This document shows positions 28,209 to 41,651 of a stretch of DNA of 64,000 nt, piece after piece. Source of the DNA: Callorhinchus milii (Eukaryota). The notes under the pieces were generated by a model. The model had not been told where the DNA came from, ran no database searches, and worked only from the letters and a program-made list of their open reading frames with translations. Location: NCBI RefSeq assembly GCF_018977255.1, contig NW_024704742.1, positions 93,808,001-93,872,000 of the forward strand, written 5' to 3'. Each line of letters begins with the position of its first letter. Position 1 is the first letter of the stretch. Both the position numbers and the translations under genes were made by a program.

Positions 28209-29359
28209 ATCCTTTGATTCCCCAGCATTATTTCTGCACGTTCCAAAACTGGTACATACAATTGGACCAACTAAAGAATTCTTCCTTTCTCCATAATAGT
28301 GACTATCTCTCTCTTTACAATTAACTAGATTTAGCAGGGGACAGACCAAAAAAAATCGATCAATCCCTCCTTGATCACCGTCCTATCAATTTGTCAGAAA
28401 GAGTAAAAGTAAAATAAAATGAAGTTTATTCATTGGGATTTCCATGTGCTAATTATCACATGGATTCTGTTATGAAATACTGCAAATACTGCTCATGGTA
28501 TGAGCAAAAGCTCTGAATTGGACAGGCTTGTTTGACAAACCTTTTTACTGTCACAAAGTTTCCTGACAGAGTTGAAAGCCCCACACCAATAGAAATTTAC
28601 AGCCCACTTTGAACCGAAATACAACACTTAGACAACCTAATGTAATTGAAAACCCAGATGCTACCAGCGTGGTGGGTGACAACTTCAAATGCTTTCCCTT
28701 TAACACTGAGCTCCTGATCTCAGTTGCTATGCAATGGGAAATGCTAAGAGGAGGTCAGGTGCTTCCTCATGGTGCAAACACTTTTAAACACACAATTAAA
28801 CATACAATTGTTGTGACCTACAATGCAATGTGCAAATAAAGCTGCTGTGTTCACCTACAAATACACAGTTACTACAATTCTACAGTAAATCGTATGAAGC
28901 ACTCTCAGTCATTTCCATGCCATGATAAGGTACTATATCAAATGCAAGACTTGTTTATTTATTAATTGATTTTTCACCATTTTTCTTACACTTAAGAAAG
29001 TTTTTGCGAGTGACAGCCACAGGTATGTATTTCAGGAAGAGAAAAAGGCATTGGAGTGAAAATTGTGACCTGCCGTATGGTAAATTACACTGGCATTGAT
29101 AAACACACCATTGAAAATTCAGTTTTATCAATAACTAAAGGTATCAACTGGCTCCTCAAACAAGGCTCATCTGCAAATTGCAGGAAGCTGATTCCCCATT
29201 TAACTATGGCAGTTCACTGCTCTTCCTTAAATTGTGGTAGGAATTTGAATATTCTGGGATGTATCCTTGCACTTGATACCTCACCTTTCATATCAGGAGG
29301 ATGGACTCAAAGCGCTTCACAGGATTTACGGTGATGTGTTGAGGCTAGCATTCCAATAA

Positions 29360-29698
29360 AGGCTGACACACTAATAAAGTGCTGGGGGAGCGCTGCATTG
29401 TTGAAGGTGCCATCTTTCAACTGAGACATTAAGCCAACATGAAACCAAGGTCCCGTCTGCCTGTGTTAAAAATCTTGTGGTACTATTTGAAAAGAGAAGG
29501 GAGTTTCTCCCAGTGTCCTGGCCAGCAATCTTCCAGATAAAATTGGGCATTTACTTCACAGCTGTTCGTGGGACATTGCTATGTCCACATTGCCTACAAA
29601 ATACAATGACAATCCAATTTACAGCATATCCTGTGAAGTGATTTGAGACATCCTCTTGATGTGAAAGGTACTACATCAAGTGTAATGATTATTATTAC
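29360..29698 (+). mobile_element. Family B SINE (Deu-type)
   Basis: ggctgacac...gcgctgcattgttgaaggtgcc...gggagtttctcccagtgtcctggcca. Confidence 0.82.
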
Positions 29699-31059
29699 TG
29701 TAAAGGAAGACTCCCACTCCTAGCTGTATTAGCATTGTCCAACAGTGCTGACAATTGTGTCCACCTTCTCCAAGATATATTGCAATTCGCCACCTGCAAA
29801 GGAATGGCAGGCACTCATATACAGAGTGTCAGTGCCACTGTCACATTTTGATCTCCATTGACTTTTGTAACTTTACGCCTTTCACTCACTCACCCTCCCC
29901 CCCCCCCCCCCCCCCCCCCCCCCCGCAGATGTAGAGTTTGTTGTCATCCTCCTGTCCATTGTCAGACTAAATGAGAAAGAATCCTGTAGTGCAATAAGTT
30001 CGCTTTTACCTAAAAGTCCCTACCTAATAGCATTCAGCCTTGCTATCCCTCACATTGATGACCACACACAGGGTAAAAAAAAATCTATTGCAGTTCAGTA
30101 CTTCTGAACTAACAGCAGTGATAAGTGTTCTAATGGGATGGATGTGTGCCAAAGCACGCTGGCATTGGCTGCACGTATAACTGAGGCACCACACAGCTCA
30201 ATACAATTTGGCTTTACAATCAATAACTGTACTTTGCGGTCAAACAAGTTACAGTATTAGCAGAAATGTTATTTCGTTGGTTTTGGCTCTGGGGAAACAT
30301 TTTGTCTTGTGCCATGTAACCTGCCAAAAGTACAAATCCTGCCTTTGAACTCAAATCCCTGAGATCTGATGTATGGCCTATTTCATGAATGTGCGACTGT
30401 ACTAGCGGTTTAGCCATGCTACCCTGGAATTATATCCATTTGTGAACACTTTATTTTTCATTCTCAACCTAATTTTATAAGTATTACAATACAGTTTGGG
30501 AATACAATCCTGGCCAGCAATCCTCCAGATTAATTGGTCGTTCACTTCACAGCTGGTTTTGAGGTCTTTCTCTGTGCAAAATGACTGGAGTGCCTATAAA
30601 AACAGTCACTACACTTGACAGTAATTATCTTTAAAGCATTTAGAGAAGCTTTGGCATATAAGAAGCTTTAATAATGCAAGTTATTTCTTTCAATCATTTT
30701 TTCAATTGAAAAAAAATGTGTAATGAATTCCTGTTCATGTGGAAGACGTCAAGGATATGGGACCTTCACATCTGCAAATAGTTTGATTAATAATTTGTTG
30801 TAGTTGCTAAATTGCTATTCACGTCTAAGTAAAATAAACTGTAGCATAAGACAAATCCAGCAGGGTACATAAACCTCAATGTCAATTTGATGGATGTTGG
30901 TTGTCCAAGCAGATAGTTATGACAGCTGAACCACAGAGTAATGAATGTAATCAACACTCCAGAGGAACAATGTAGCAAAGAAATCAGCTCCATCACAGTT
31001 TAACTATTATAAAGGAAAGTTAACCTTTGTGTTTTGTTAAAAAATTGATCTTCTCCCAG

Positions 31060-31449
31060 TGCTCTGGTCAGATAATCCTTCAGATAAAAATGATGGCCCA
31101 CGTCATTGCTGTTTCTGGAACACTGCCCTACCAGAATTGGCCGCCACATTTTCTTATGAAATACACAGTCACTACACTTTACAGTGGAGTGATTTGCGAC
31201 GACCTTGTGCCTCCTCTCTTCCCCAGATTTGGTGTCAGGCTCCGCCACTGTTAACCATTCCGAGTCGATGCCCCGCGTGAAGGTGCTACATAAATGCAAA
31301 TTGTTTTTGTTGTACCCCAGCACATACTCTGGGGTTTCCAAGCCCACAAAATATACAGTCAATTCACTTCCCAGTATATTCCGCGAAGAGCTTTGAGACA
31401 GCTAGAAGACGTGAAAAGCGCTATATCAAATGCAAGGATTATTATTATT
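31060..31449 (+). mobile_element. Cluster: family B fragment, L2 3' tail (~31200-31312), family A tail (31342-31449)
   Basis: gcgtgaaggtgctacataaatgcaaattgtttttgttg; gcccacaaaatatacagtcaattcac...ggattattattatt. Confidence 0.7.
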
Positions 31450-32014
31450 GATCATACTTTCCAGAATTAGGTAAGCAGGATGCTCCAGGGAAAGAGGGTG
31501 CATTCCATTCCAACAATCTATCTCTGGAATTCCCATGGGTAGGGGGATGTGTGGAATTTTCAGCTTGGTTTGGTTTACTCTTAAGCATGTTGATGGGTTT
31601 TCACATGTGTCAGACACCCAGCTGATCAAAAAAAATTGTTGTTGTCCTCTGAAAAGTTGCGATATCAAAATCAAGGATCCTTCTTATTGCGTTTTATTTA
31701 AGAGCAACCAAGGCGCGATCTGAAACTGGAATGTCCACATTTGCACATTTTGCTGGTGTAGGGTGATATGAACCTGTAAAATTATTTACTGCATGATTTG
31801 TGCTGCCGACTGCTGCAATAAATGCCTCTGATCGACAGTTCCGCTTTTATGTTCCTCGGTCCTTTTATAGGCCACACTTAAGCTGTTATTTCAGACCTGA
31901 AGCACAGGCCACTATAACATAAAATCATTAGCACCTTCCCAACGGTTCCAAGTGCTTCACAGGAATCATGCAATATAAATTAGTGACAACAAAACAAATC
32001 TGTCAAGGTAAAAT

Positions 32015-32231
32015 TCCGCCTGGATCTGGGTTTACTCTTTTAACGTAACATTTCAAAGCATACAGGATTTCACAAATTGTTGAATTTGGTCTAAACTTTG
32101 AAGTTGTTTTTTTGTGGGCTTCTTAAAAGAAGTTACAGAAAACTGTCTTCAAAGTGAAAGACTGTATTTAAGAAATTGACAAATTCTGGACTCTCTGAAA
32201 TGTTAGATTAATAAGTCTAGACCCAGGTGGA
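32015..32231. mobile_element. Palindromic MITE-like element, copy 3
   Basis: tccgcctggatctgggttt...aacatttcaaag / ctgaaatgttag...aagtctagacccaggtgga. Confidence 0.7.
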
Positions 32232-32522
32232 AATGTCTACCCATTGATGTTTTGAATACAAAGAGCAGTTTATTTTACTTGAAATGGTGGTCAGAACCAT
32301 CTGTAGGCTTAACTCCTTAGTCTACCCTTCCGTCTCTCCCCCTTTCGATCAGTCTTTAAATCCCACCTTACAACCTACCTCTTGGACCATGGTCAACTCC
32401 TTGTTCCCCTTTCCCCTTCTCCCTTGCTTGAAGTCCAACCTTGTTAGTGTTATCCTACTTGAGGAGGGCGATATAAATGCAGCTTATTGTTGTTTTTGTT
32501 AAGTGCATTGAATACAGTACAA

Positions 32523-33286
32523 AAACAACTTGGATTTATATAGCACCTTCCATGCCGGACAGAGTCTCAGAGCGCTTCACAGTAATGGATCCCGGGGCCG
32601 AGCCAGGGAGGAGGGGGAGGAAAGCGATCAAAGGCGCGGTCGAAAAGAAAGGTCTTCAGTCGAGACCTGAAAATAGGAAGAGAGGGGGCGAGGCGAAGGG
32701 AGTGAGGAAGGGAGTTCCAGAGCCTCGAGGCATAGTGGCTGAAGACACGGCAGCCGAGGGTGGAGCGGAGGACTCAGGGGACGACGAGGAGGCCAGACCC
32801 GGTGGAACGAAGGCAACGGGCACTGTTGTGAGGAGAGAGGAGGTCAGAGAAGTAGGAGGGTGCAGAGGAGTGGAGGGATTTGAAGACAAAGGTGAGGATC
32901 TTAAAAGCAATTTTCTCTGGGACAGGCAGCCAGTGCAGTCTGGCAAGGAGTGGGGTGATCGGGGAGCGGAGTTTGGTGCGGGTAAGAATGCAAGTGGCAG
33001 AGTTTTGTATGACCTTGTGAATGGTAGTGGAGCGGAGGCCGGCGAGGAGGGCATTTGAGTAGTCCAGCCGAGAGGTGACAAAAGCATGGGCCAGGGTTTC
33101 AGCAGCTTTTGGAGTCAGGTATTGGCGGAAATGGGCGATGCGTCGGAGGTGGAAAAAAGTGATGCTGGTGAGGGACCGGATGTGGGGGAGGAAGGATAAT
33201 TGGTGGTCGAACCTGACGCCTAGGTTGCGTACGGGTTCGGAGAGTTTTAAGGGGGAGGTCAGGTAGGTGGAGGAGGTGAGAACCAT
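32523..33286 (-). mobile_element. 5'-truncated L2 LINE with intact reading frame over ~170 codons
   Basis: VRNLGVRFDHQLSFLPHIRS...[23 protein letters not shown]...LARLHWLPVPEKIAFKIL. Confidence 0.94.
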
Positions 33287-33599
33287 GTGATTTTATATGT
33301 TGACGAGAGATAAAGAGTATGTATAGTATCTATTTGAGAAATCTATCAGCTCAATCGAGTAGACTTTGAGGTCTGCACTTATCTCCTTAGGATACTCCTC
33401 AACTACTGGCCTTCTACAGTTTATAATAGTGTCCAAAGTGATGGAACTGCTATGTAAGTTCACTCTTCCAAATGGCCCTTGTTATTCTCAGGCCTTAGTA
33501 CACTGTAGATTCTCTGCAGTCGAATCTAGACCTCCTTTCAATAGTTTAGTTTTTCATTTTCTTTTCTCTTTCTTCCTTTGTTTTCTTCTGCTTTCCATT

Positions 33600-33857
33600 T
33601 TATGGCTATTTGGGGACATTGCTGTGTGCAAAATTGCTCCCATGTTTGTCTACAAATACACATTTTGTCAAAAAATCTGTGAAACGCTTTGAGCTGTTTC
33701 AACATCATAAAGCACTATATCAAATGCAAGGAATACTACTTATCATTGAAACAAGTACACAGTCATCACACTTCACAGTAAAATCCTGTGAAGTCTTTGA
33801 GAAGTCTTGACGAGGTGATAAGGTGCTATCTCAAATGCAAGGAATATTATTATTATT
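33600..33857 (+). mobile_element. Two tandem SINE 3' tails
   Basis: gggacattgctgtgtgcaaaattg; two successive ...ctat(a/c)tcaaatgcaaggaata ends. Confidence 0.7.
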
Positions 33858-35369
33858 AGTAGCAGTAGTATTATCAATAATAGATACACAACTTCACTCT
33901 GCTGTGGAATGTTTCAGCAAACTACCCAGGAAGGGCTCTGATATCAAGAAATAACAAAATTGATCTGGATGGAGAAAGCCCTTCAGCCGATCTGATCTCA
34001 TCCCTCCCGAAAACCCACCCTACCATCTCCTCATCACAGCATCAAGTTGCTTTTTAATGAGTCCAGTGTCCTGGCCTTTACCACCTTTCCTGAAACCTGT
34101 TCCAGTCTCTGATTACCCTCTGACTAAAGAAAAACTTCCTGGTACCTATCCTAAAGTTGCCATTTTGAAGTAAAACCTTCACATAGTACCATAATAATAG
34201 AGTAAATATAATAATAATATTCTTTATAATTTGTATAGGGTCTTTCACATCAGAACGACATCACAAAGTGCTTCATACTTTACTGTAAAATCAGTCACCA
34301 AATATCCCTGAGTTGGGGGTGGTGAGTATTTCATCAGTTCTCAGAATTACTGGAGAGAATGATGTACTATCCCATCTTAAGTAGAAGTAAAAATGAACAC
34401 TTTTAGCCCCCTTGGCAGATCGCAGAACAACACTGCCAATGAGATGAAGATTTACTCCAAAGCTGTTAGGGATTTTATACTTTAGGATCCATCATGACAG
34501 TAGAACAAGAGGACATAGGTTTAGAGCTTAAGAGCATCTTCAAGACAGACACCAGGAAGTTTTTCTTTGACAATCACTAAACTAATTCAAACCATGCATG
34601 TGTGGTGTAAGTGACCTGTAGAAGAACAAGCCAGTTAGTACATAAAACATGATATATTCCCAAGTGTTAATAATTCTGTGTTGTGTTTGCCCTCAATGCC
34701 ACAGCAGTGGAGAATTGTTGAATTCTGTATTATTAACATATGTGACAATGAAAGCATTGTATTTTCCAAAGAACCATTTATGTACTTGTAACATATCAGT
34801 CTGAAGTAGGGCTGTGCCTGTATTTGTTTTGCATCAGAGCACATTTCTCTTGGCCTGTTCCTTGCTTGTTTAACTGTTTACATTATTCTGTTTTTATTCA
34901 CTGTCCTGTGCTTTTGGACAATCTAAACAACGTGCAATTATAAGTAAAAATGTCCATGGAATAAACAGTCACAGCCAAAGCAAAGCCAGAATGTACCAAT
35001 ACTTGTCAAACATATTTTCATGATTAAAGTGATTTTCTGTTCCCAAAAATGTAAACGGAGATTACATTATTTATTGATCATACAAAATCAAAGCTTCCTA
35101 GCAACAGTAAAGAGACTTTTACAATACTAAGATCTCATGACACTGAGCCATAAACAATTGAAGGACAGTATGTACCTAGAGGCACCTTTGAATCATTACA
35201 GTTGGGGGAGAGGGAAAGGAATCAGATGAAAGGATAGATATAAAAGTTGCACTGAGGGTTCACAACCATGAATTTGGTCAAAGTTAAAAGCAATGCTAAC
35301 GTAATGCTACAACAAGGAGGAAAATATAATCTAAAAAGTATCACTACAAATAGTTTTTCCTCCAATCCT

Positions 35370-36375
35370 GGACCGGCTCCATTCTTGGCCCCTTCTTTTC
35401 CTCATCCCTCTCAGCAATGTCATTCACAGAAATGGGGTCAACTTCCACATGTATGCAGATGACACCCAAATCTACTTCTCCTCCTCCCAGTCTGCTGATG
35501 ACCTGTCAGCTTATTTGATGGACATCAAGGCCTGGATGAGCACAAATTTTCTGCAGCTGTATGTCAGCAAGTCGGAAGCCATTCTCTTTGGCTCCCGTCA
35601 ATGTCTTCTTTCCTGCGGGTCTGAACTCCTCAACTTCCCTGAGCTCTCTCTCAGACTCTTCAAACCCGTGCGCAACTTTGGGGTCTGGTTCAATCCCCAG
35701 CTTTCATTTCTATCCCACATCCGTTCCATGACCAGGACTACTTTTTCCACCTCCACCACATTGCCCGCCTCTGTCTGTACCTCACAACCGGTGTAGCTGA
35801 AATGCTTGTCCATGCCTTCATCACTTCCTGGCTGGACTATTTGAATGTCCTCCTCGCTGGTCTCCCCAGCACCACCATACACAAAATCAAATTAATTCAA
35901 AACTCTGCCGCTCGGATACTCACCCACACAAAACTCTGTATCCCCATCACACTAGTCCTTGCCAGGCTCCACTGGCTCCCAACCACCAAATGGATCAATT
36001 TCAAGATCCTCTTACTCGTTTCCAAATCCCTTCATGCCTTTGCACCTCCCTACCTCTCTGATCTCCCGACCATTCCACCGCCTGCTGCCTCCACTCAGCT
36101 GGCTCCGGCCTCCTGTTTGTCCCTCATGCCCTCCGCTCCACCATCAGTGGTCGTGCTTTCAGCCACTATGCCTCGAAACTCTGGAACGCTCTACCTCAAT
36201 ACCTTGTCCCCTCCCTTCCCACCTTGAAATCCTGCCTAAAGACCTTCCTTTTTAATCATGCTTATGGTCACCTCCCTCTCCCCCTCCTCCTGACTCGTCA
36301 GACTCCATCACTGTAAAGCGCTCCAGGTTACTATCCCGCATGAAGGGTGTTATATAAATACAAGTTGTTGTTGTT
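35370..36375 (+). mobile_element. L2 LINE fragment from RT catalytic motif to tail
   Basis: MYADDTQIYF...WMSTNFLQL; HAFITSWLDYLN...LARLHWLP; tail tatataaatacaag(ttg)n. Confidence 0.93.
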
Positions 36376-38891
36376 GCACTGCAAAACCCAAATCCTATGG
36401 GCTTTGAAACTATCATTGACCAAATGTCACACGTTCTGGGTCAGGCCAGGAGATGCCTCAGTGCAGAGTATGCTGGTTTGGGGAGATGGTAGATTCTCTG
36501 CTGGAGACCCCACCCCCACCCAGTGCTGCCAGCTCCATCCAAATACAGTCCAACATGAAACGCGTAAGAGAGCTGATTCGGAACCTCAAGTGAAGGACAT
36601 CATCAGGCTTGGCGAGGTTCTCAAAGGGGATTTGGAGTTTCCAGCAGACAGCTAACATGTTCCTCCTCTCCCACATGGACCAGTTCCAATACCTCAAGCA
36701 CTTTAGTATCCGGTGACACATCACAAGAGCTCCACGTCCTCAATCTCAAATATGTCCAAAAGTCATATTTACATCCCGTACTCCCACCCACACATCAGCA
36801 CAATCCATACGAAACCCGAAGGAAGGCCGGGAGAGAAAGACTTAGGCCATCAGCTCTAAGAGGAACATTGGAGAGAAGTTTGGACATCCACCACATGCTG
36901 TGGAGGATCAAGATACAACAAAACCATTGTGAATAACACATTCTGGAAGGTTGAGAATAAATAGTCAATGTGGCTTCTTTATCCAAACTACTCATGGGAA
37001 CTTGTTTAAGATTATTTGGCCATAGACCTATTCTGTTGGAAATGGGTGGAATCCAAGAAGAATTCCATCCATTCCAAACAGAATACATTGACTTGCAAAG
37101 TGCATACTTTTTTTTATCAACTCTATTTCACATGAGATTGCCCACTGGAGTATTAAAGGTTTCGTATTCCCAACACTTTTCTTTACTGTGACTAACAGCT
37201 GTTATGAAAACAATGTCCATGTGACTACTGACGAATTGCTCAAGCTTTTGTCTAGCATCTTATCATTGTCTTGATTATTTGAGGAGATATGTGATGAGCA
37301 TCTTATTTCAATCACCTAAGGTTTTTGAGATGCTGCTGCTTGTTCCTCATCACAGCCTGTATGTTGTCCTATATATTGTACTTAAATATATATAATATTC
37401 AGTATATATTCAGTATATGACACAATAATCAATAAGGCATTGGTATTTTTTCATCTGCAGAGGGATATGGAGAAACGATCAGGATTCGAAAACTAAAGCA
37501 TTTTCATGAACTAATAAAATAGTGAAGGATTCTAGATGAGCAGAAAGGCCTGTTCCTAAGGTCCAATTGCTTATCTAGGAATTATCTTTCTCAATCCATG
37601 TTTCTAAACATTTGGAAGTGTCATTTTAACATAGACTAGATATTTGGGTTAACTGTAAGGAGCTTGAACCACTACATTGAGTAAAATAGTCTATTCAGAG
37701 TGAGTTACAAGCTGCAATTGAAGCAAAGGGCTTAAGATGACATTCTAAACCACAAGCACGCAACTATGAGGAGGAAGTCATCTATCACTGCAGCTGTTAT
37801 CCTATGTGCATCTCTGTCCCATTTCAGTCTTTGTTTCACTATTCAAAGGGTTTCAATTTTGACCAGCTATATGGGGTTCACGGAGGTGGGGGGGGGGGAG
37901 GGGAGAGAATGCATTATATGATACGATAATTATCACTGATAATAGTTATCACATCACATAACTCATTTCCCTCCCTCCCCTCCAACTATTCCAGAGATGT
38001 GTTTTGCATTCAAAATGTGTACAGTACATTGTGTTTGCAGAGATTAATGGCCAAATAAACAAGGGGCACTGCTAAGGGCATTCCATCATTGACTGTGATT
38101 TAAATAATGCCTCGGAACCTAAGCAATACTTCAATCGCACAAGTGTAAGCATGTCCAAAATATGTAAATTCAAGAGTATTGTTTCCTTAGCTATAATTAG
38201 TAAAAATATCCTTCTGGTCAATTTGAACACCATTCTACCATTGGGAATGAAGGTGGTCTGACTAAGATTGCAGCCAGCCAGCAAGATCATTATTTTTTCA
38301 AAGGATGTGAACAGCGTACTTGGTGTCTCTTTGATGTTACATTTCAATACACTATTGTAATCAAAGTACAAAGACTACTAAGCAGTGCCAAACTGCAAAT
38401 ACGAAAACTGTTGACTTAAGTAAATATTTTAGAATGCAGACATGCAAAACTTCTTTGAAGCAGTTCCCTCTATGCATCATTAATGCCTCTCCACCTCCTC
38501 TCTCTTTCACAAATACACAATTTTATTGGTGGTATACCACCCATGTGGTCTGAGAAACAATTGTTCACTTGCATTTGTTTATTCTGTAACATGGCAGTAA
38601 AGCAAATGATGACATATGCGTTTTCTTGGGTCAGCAAATGTTATTTGCACTTCCCACAATTTTACTTGTGAAATTATGATTTTAATCCATTACTAAGCAC
38701 GATTAAAGTCTTTTTTTTCATCCACAAAATAAAAGCTTGTGTATTTTAGGGGTTTTTCAGGGTCTTGTATTTTTTTTGTCAACAAATAGGAGAAAATCAA
38801 GGGGCAAACAAAGAATCCCTAGGTAAATTTAGTGAAAAACAATAAGAACCTCCAATGATTTTATTTCTGTCCATGTTAAAGTTGGACAAAG

Positions 38892-39270
38892 CACAACAGC
38901 AGCAAACAACATTTACATAGGACCTTTCAGATGTCCGGACAGAGGACATCCCAAGGCGCTGGACAGTCGAGGATTTGTACCCGGGCTGGGGTTTGGATTT
39001 GGGGGGGTGGGAGGGAAGATGATCAATGGCGCAATTTAAAGAGTAAGGTCTTGAGATGGAGCTTGAGGAAGCGAGGGAAGGATGAGGTGAAGGGACTCCG
39101 GGTAGAGTTCCAGGGTGACAACAGAAATGCTGAAAACCCAATGGTGGGGCAGGTAGGGCAGGAGACGTGACGTGATGTGAGCGGAGGGAGCGGGCGGGTT
39201 ATTATGGTTTTAGAAGGTCACAGAGGTAGAGTGGGGCAACATCGGGGAAGGCTTTAAAAGTGAGAACGAA
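38892..39270 (-). mobile_element. L2 3' end
   Basis: acaacatttacataggacctttcagatg...ggacatcccaaggcgctggacag and G-rich 3' body as in the copies at 10120 and 20201. Confidence 0.82.
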
Positions 39271-40131
39271 GAGTGGCTTCTTCACTCTTAAATGGCTAGT
39301 AACAAATGCAAGCGTTTCTGGTGCCAAGTAACATGTTACATTAATGCAGCGGCAGTGAGGTCATCTGTTCACTGTTGCAAAGTTGAGAGGTTGTCTATGA
39401 GCGCCCGATTTGTGCATCAATCAGTTGATCTGTGTTGCACACAAATCTCAGATGTCAAAAACAATCAGAGAATCGGGGGCATATTTGGGAGAATATTACC
39501 TTTTTACAAATTGACTTTCTTAAAAGAAATCTATGTATATGGAGAAACTCTGTAAAACCAAACTTTAACTCTATAAAAACAAACTTTTATTTATTGCTTA
39601 CCTTGGGGACTGCCATTATGGTCAGTGGATTGTGCAAAGGATTTCCTCCAGGAAACTGGGCCTCCAATCAGTCTGAGTGGGATTCTGTGGGAGTCATCCA
39701 GAAGGGTCCAGTGTGTGAAAGCTTTAAGTAATGGACAAATGTCACAGGCACTGTTCTCACACAGATTGGGATATCTACAGCTGTGCAGATCACCCAAATG
39801 AAAGAGTGTTGGAGGCAAAAGAACAGGTCAAGCAGTCTTAGGGCCTGGTTGACCTCCACCTCTTCACCAGTTGTGTTCCTAAAATACTCTGAAACAGCTC
39901 TGCACCCATCATGGCAGTGCAGCGAGGGACATATGGAACAGAACAGAGTTTGTGAGACTGCTACCAATGTAGGCTAAAGTATTGTGCAAAACTATTCCAC
40001 ATGAAGGGAACTCATAGCAATATTGTCTCTGCTTCAAAGGAAGCAGTAGGTAAAGCATGCAGGAAGCAAACACATACACTAAACTGCTGATAACTTAACT
40101 CTGGCTTAATTTGTGCCTACCACTTAATTAT

Positions 40132-40441
40132 GGAGCCCTGTAGCTCAGTGGTTAGAGTACTCGCTTTGCAAGTGAGAGACCTGGGTTCGATTCCCTGCAG
40201 GGTGAAACCTTGTGCAAGTTTCCTTACTCCACACACCAGATAATAATCCCTCAAAAAAACTATAATAAATTGGTCATTTCAATCCACGACTGTTTGTGGG
40301 ACACTGCTTTGCACAATTGGCTGCTGTGTTTCACCCACAAATATACAGTCAATTCACTTTACAGTCTATTCTGTGAAGCGCTTTGAGACGTGTAGAAGAC
40401 GTGAAAAGCGCTATATCAAAGGCAAGGATTATTATTATTAT
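40132..40441 (+). mobile_element. Full-length family A SINE
   Basis: ggagccctgtagctcagtggttagagtactcgctttgcaagtgagagacctgggttcgattcc head (A box, B box, TGC anticodon loop), body, (TTA)n tail. Confidence 0.93.
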
Positions 40442-41008
40442 AAGTCATTATGCAATTTTTAGAAACACACCTACACTCCAAGTTGGCTATGAATTAGTAC
40501 AATGAGCACTTGCAGTTCAGGAGTTCATGGGGATATTGTAAGATGTATGTGTCGAGGTCATGCATAATACAGTATATGGATAAATGAATTTGTCTGGTGT
40601 AGTAGCAACATTATTACAATCTCCCTTGTCCTCTTTTGCTTTCTGTCCGAGGTAGTTATTTGCTGTGTTTGCTGTGGCACAGTAGGTATCATTGTACATA
40701 AACGTCTGCAAACAGAATGCAACGTGTTCAGTTAGGGCTATTCTCCCTCCCATGAGGAACAGAGAATCCACAGGTAATAGCGATGTACATTTAGTTACTG
40801 GCAGTATTCAATATTTATATTTTGGGCAGTGACTCCTACATGTTCAACTCAAATGTCAAAACTAACATGGATTGTTACCTTGTTTCATACTCCTGTTGGT
40901 AAACAGCAAATTGGTAGACAGGTAAAAACTTTTTATATCAACAGCAACAGTATCTGATAACATCAATGGTGCAGATGTATCAGAGAGGAGGAACTGCATT
41001 GCAGGTGT

Positions 41009-41326
41009 TTAATAATAATAATAATCCTTGCATTTGATACAGTGCTTTTCACGTCGGGAGGACGTCCCAAAGCGCTTCACAGAATAGACCGTAAAGTGAA
41101 TTGACTGTATATTTGTGGGCGAACGCAGCAGCCAATTGCGCACAGCAATGTCCCACAAACAGTCGTAGATTGAAAATGACCAATTTATTATTGTTTTTGG
41201 TTTTGGAGGGATTATTATTAGGTGTGTGGAGTAAGGAAACTTGCCCAAGGTTTGGCCCTGCCTGGAATTGAACTCAGGTCTCTCACTTGCAAAGTGAGTG
41301 CTCTAACCACTGAGCTACAGGACTCC
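41009..41326 (-). mobile_element. Full-length family A SINE
   Basis: Near identical to 522-838. Confidence 0.93.
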
Positions 41327-41651
41327 ACAGGACAGGTTTGTCACTCATTGTAAACCTGCAGCATACATCTGCGGCAGCGGCTACAACTAAAGCATTGTGT
41401 TTAGGGTGAAGCAAGTGCAGGCAGTAAACACTAGACATTGCTCTACTTGTTGCGTGTTACAAACAGTTTAACCATACTATAATTAGGGAAGCAAAGCAAA
41501 TCATTCCACTGGGGTTCAAAATACACTTTTCTGTTTAACCCTATACACTTAAACGTACCAGTATATTTATGATCAAACTGGTCTCCAACACAGCATACTT
41601 GTCATCTTGGCTAGGTTGGTGGCATTCTTGCCTCTGGGTTGGAACATTTTT

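Noticed and set aside
29896..29923. Long poly-C and poly-G runs as specific G-quadruplex elements
   Set aside because: Very frequent in this sequence and lengths are unreliable; no individual run stands out.
32477..33058. 193-aa ORF on +
   Set aside because: Antisense frame of an L2 element.
39668..39967. Faint resemblance to a Harbinger transposase N-terminus (also 36458-36724)
   Set aside because: Too weak to call by eye; no catalytic motifs or terminal repeats found.
40132..40205. tRNA-Ala(TGC) gene
   Set aside because: No proper acceptor stem, and it runs directly into a SINE body found many times; it is a SINE head.
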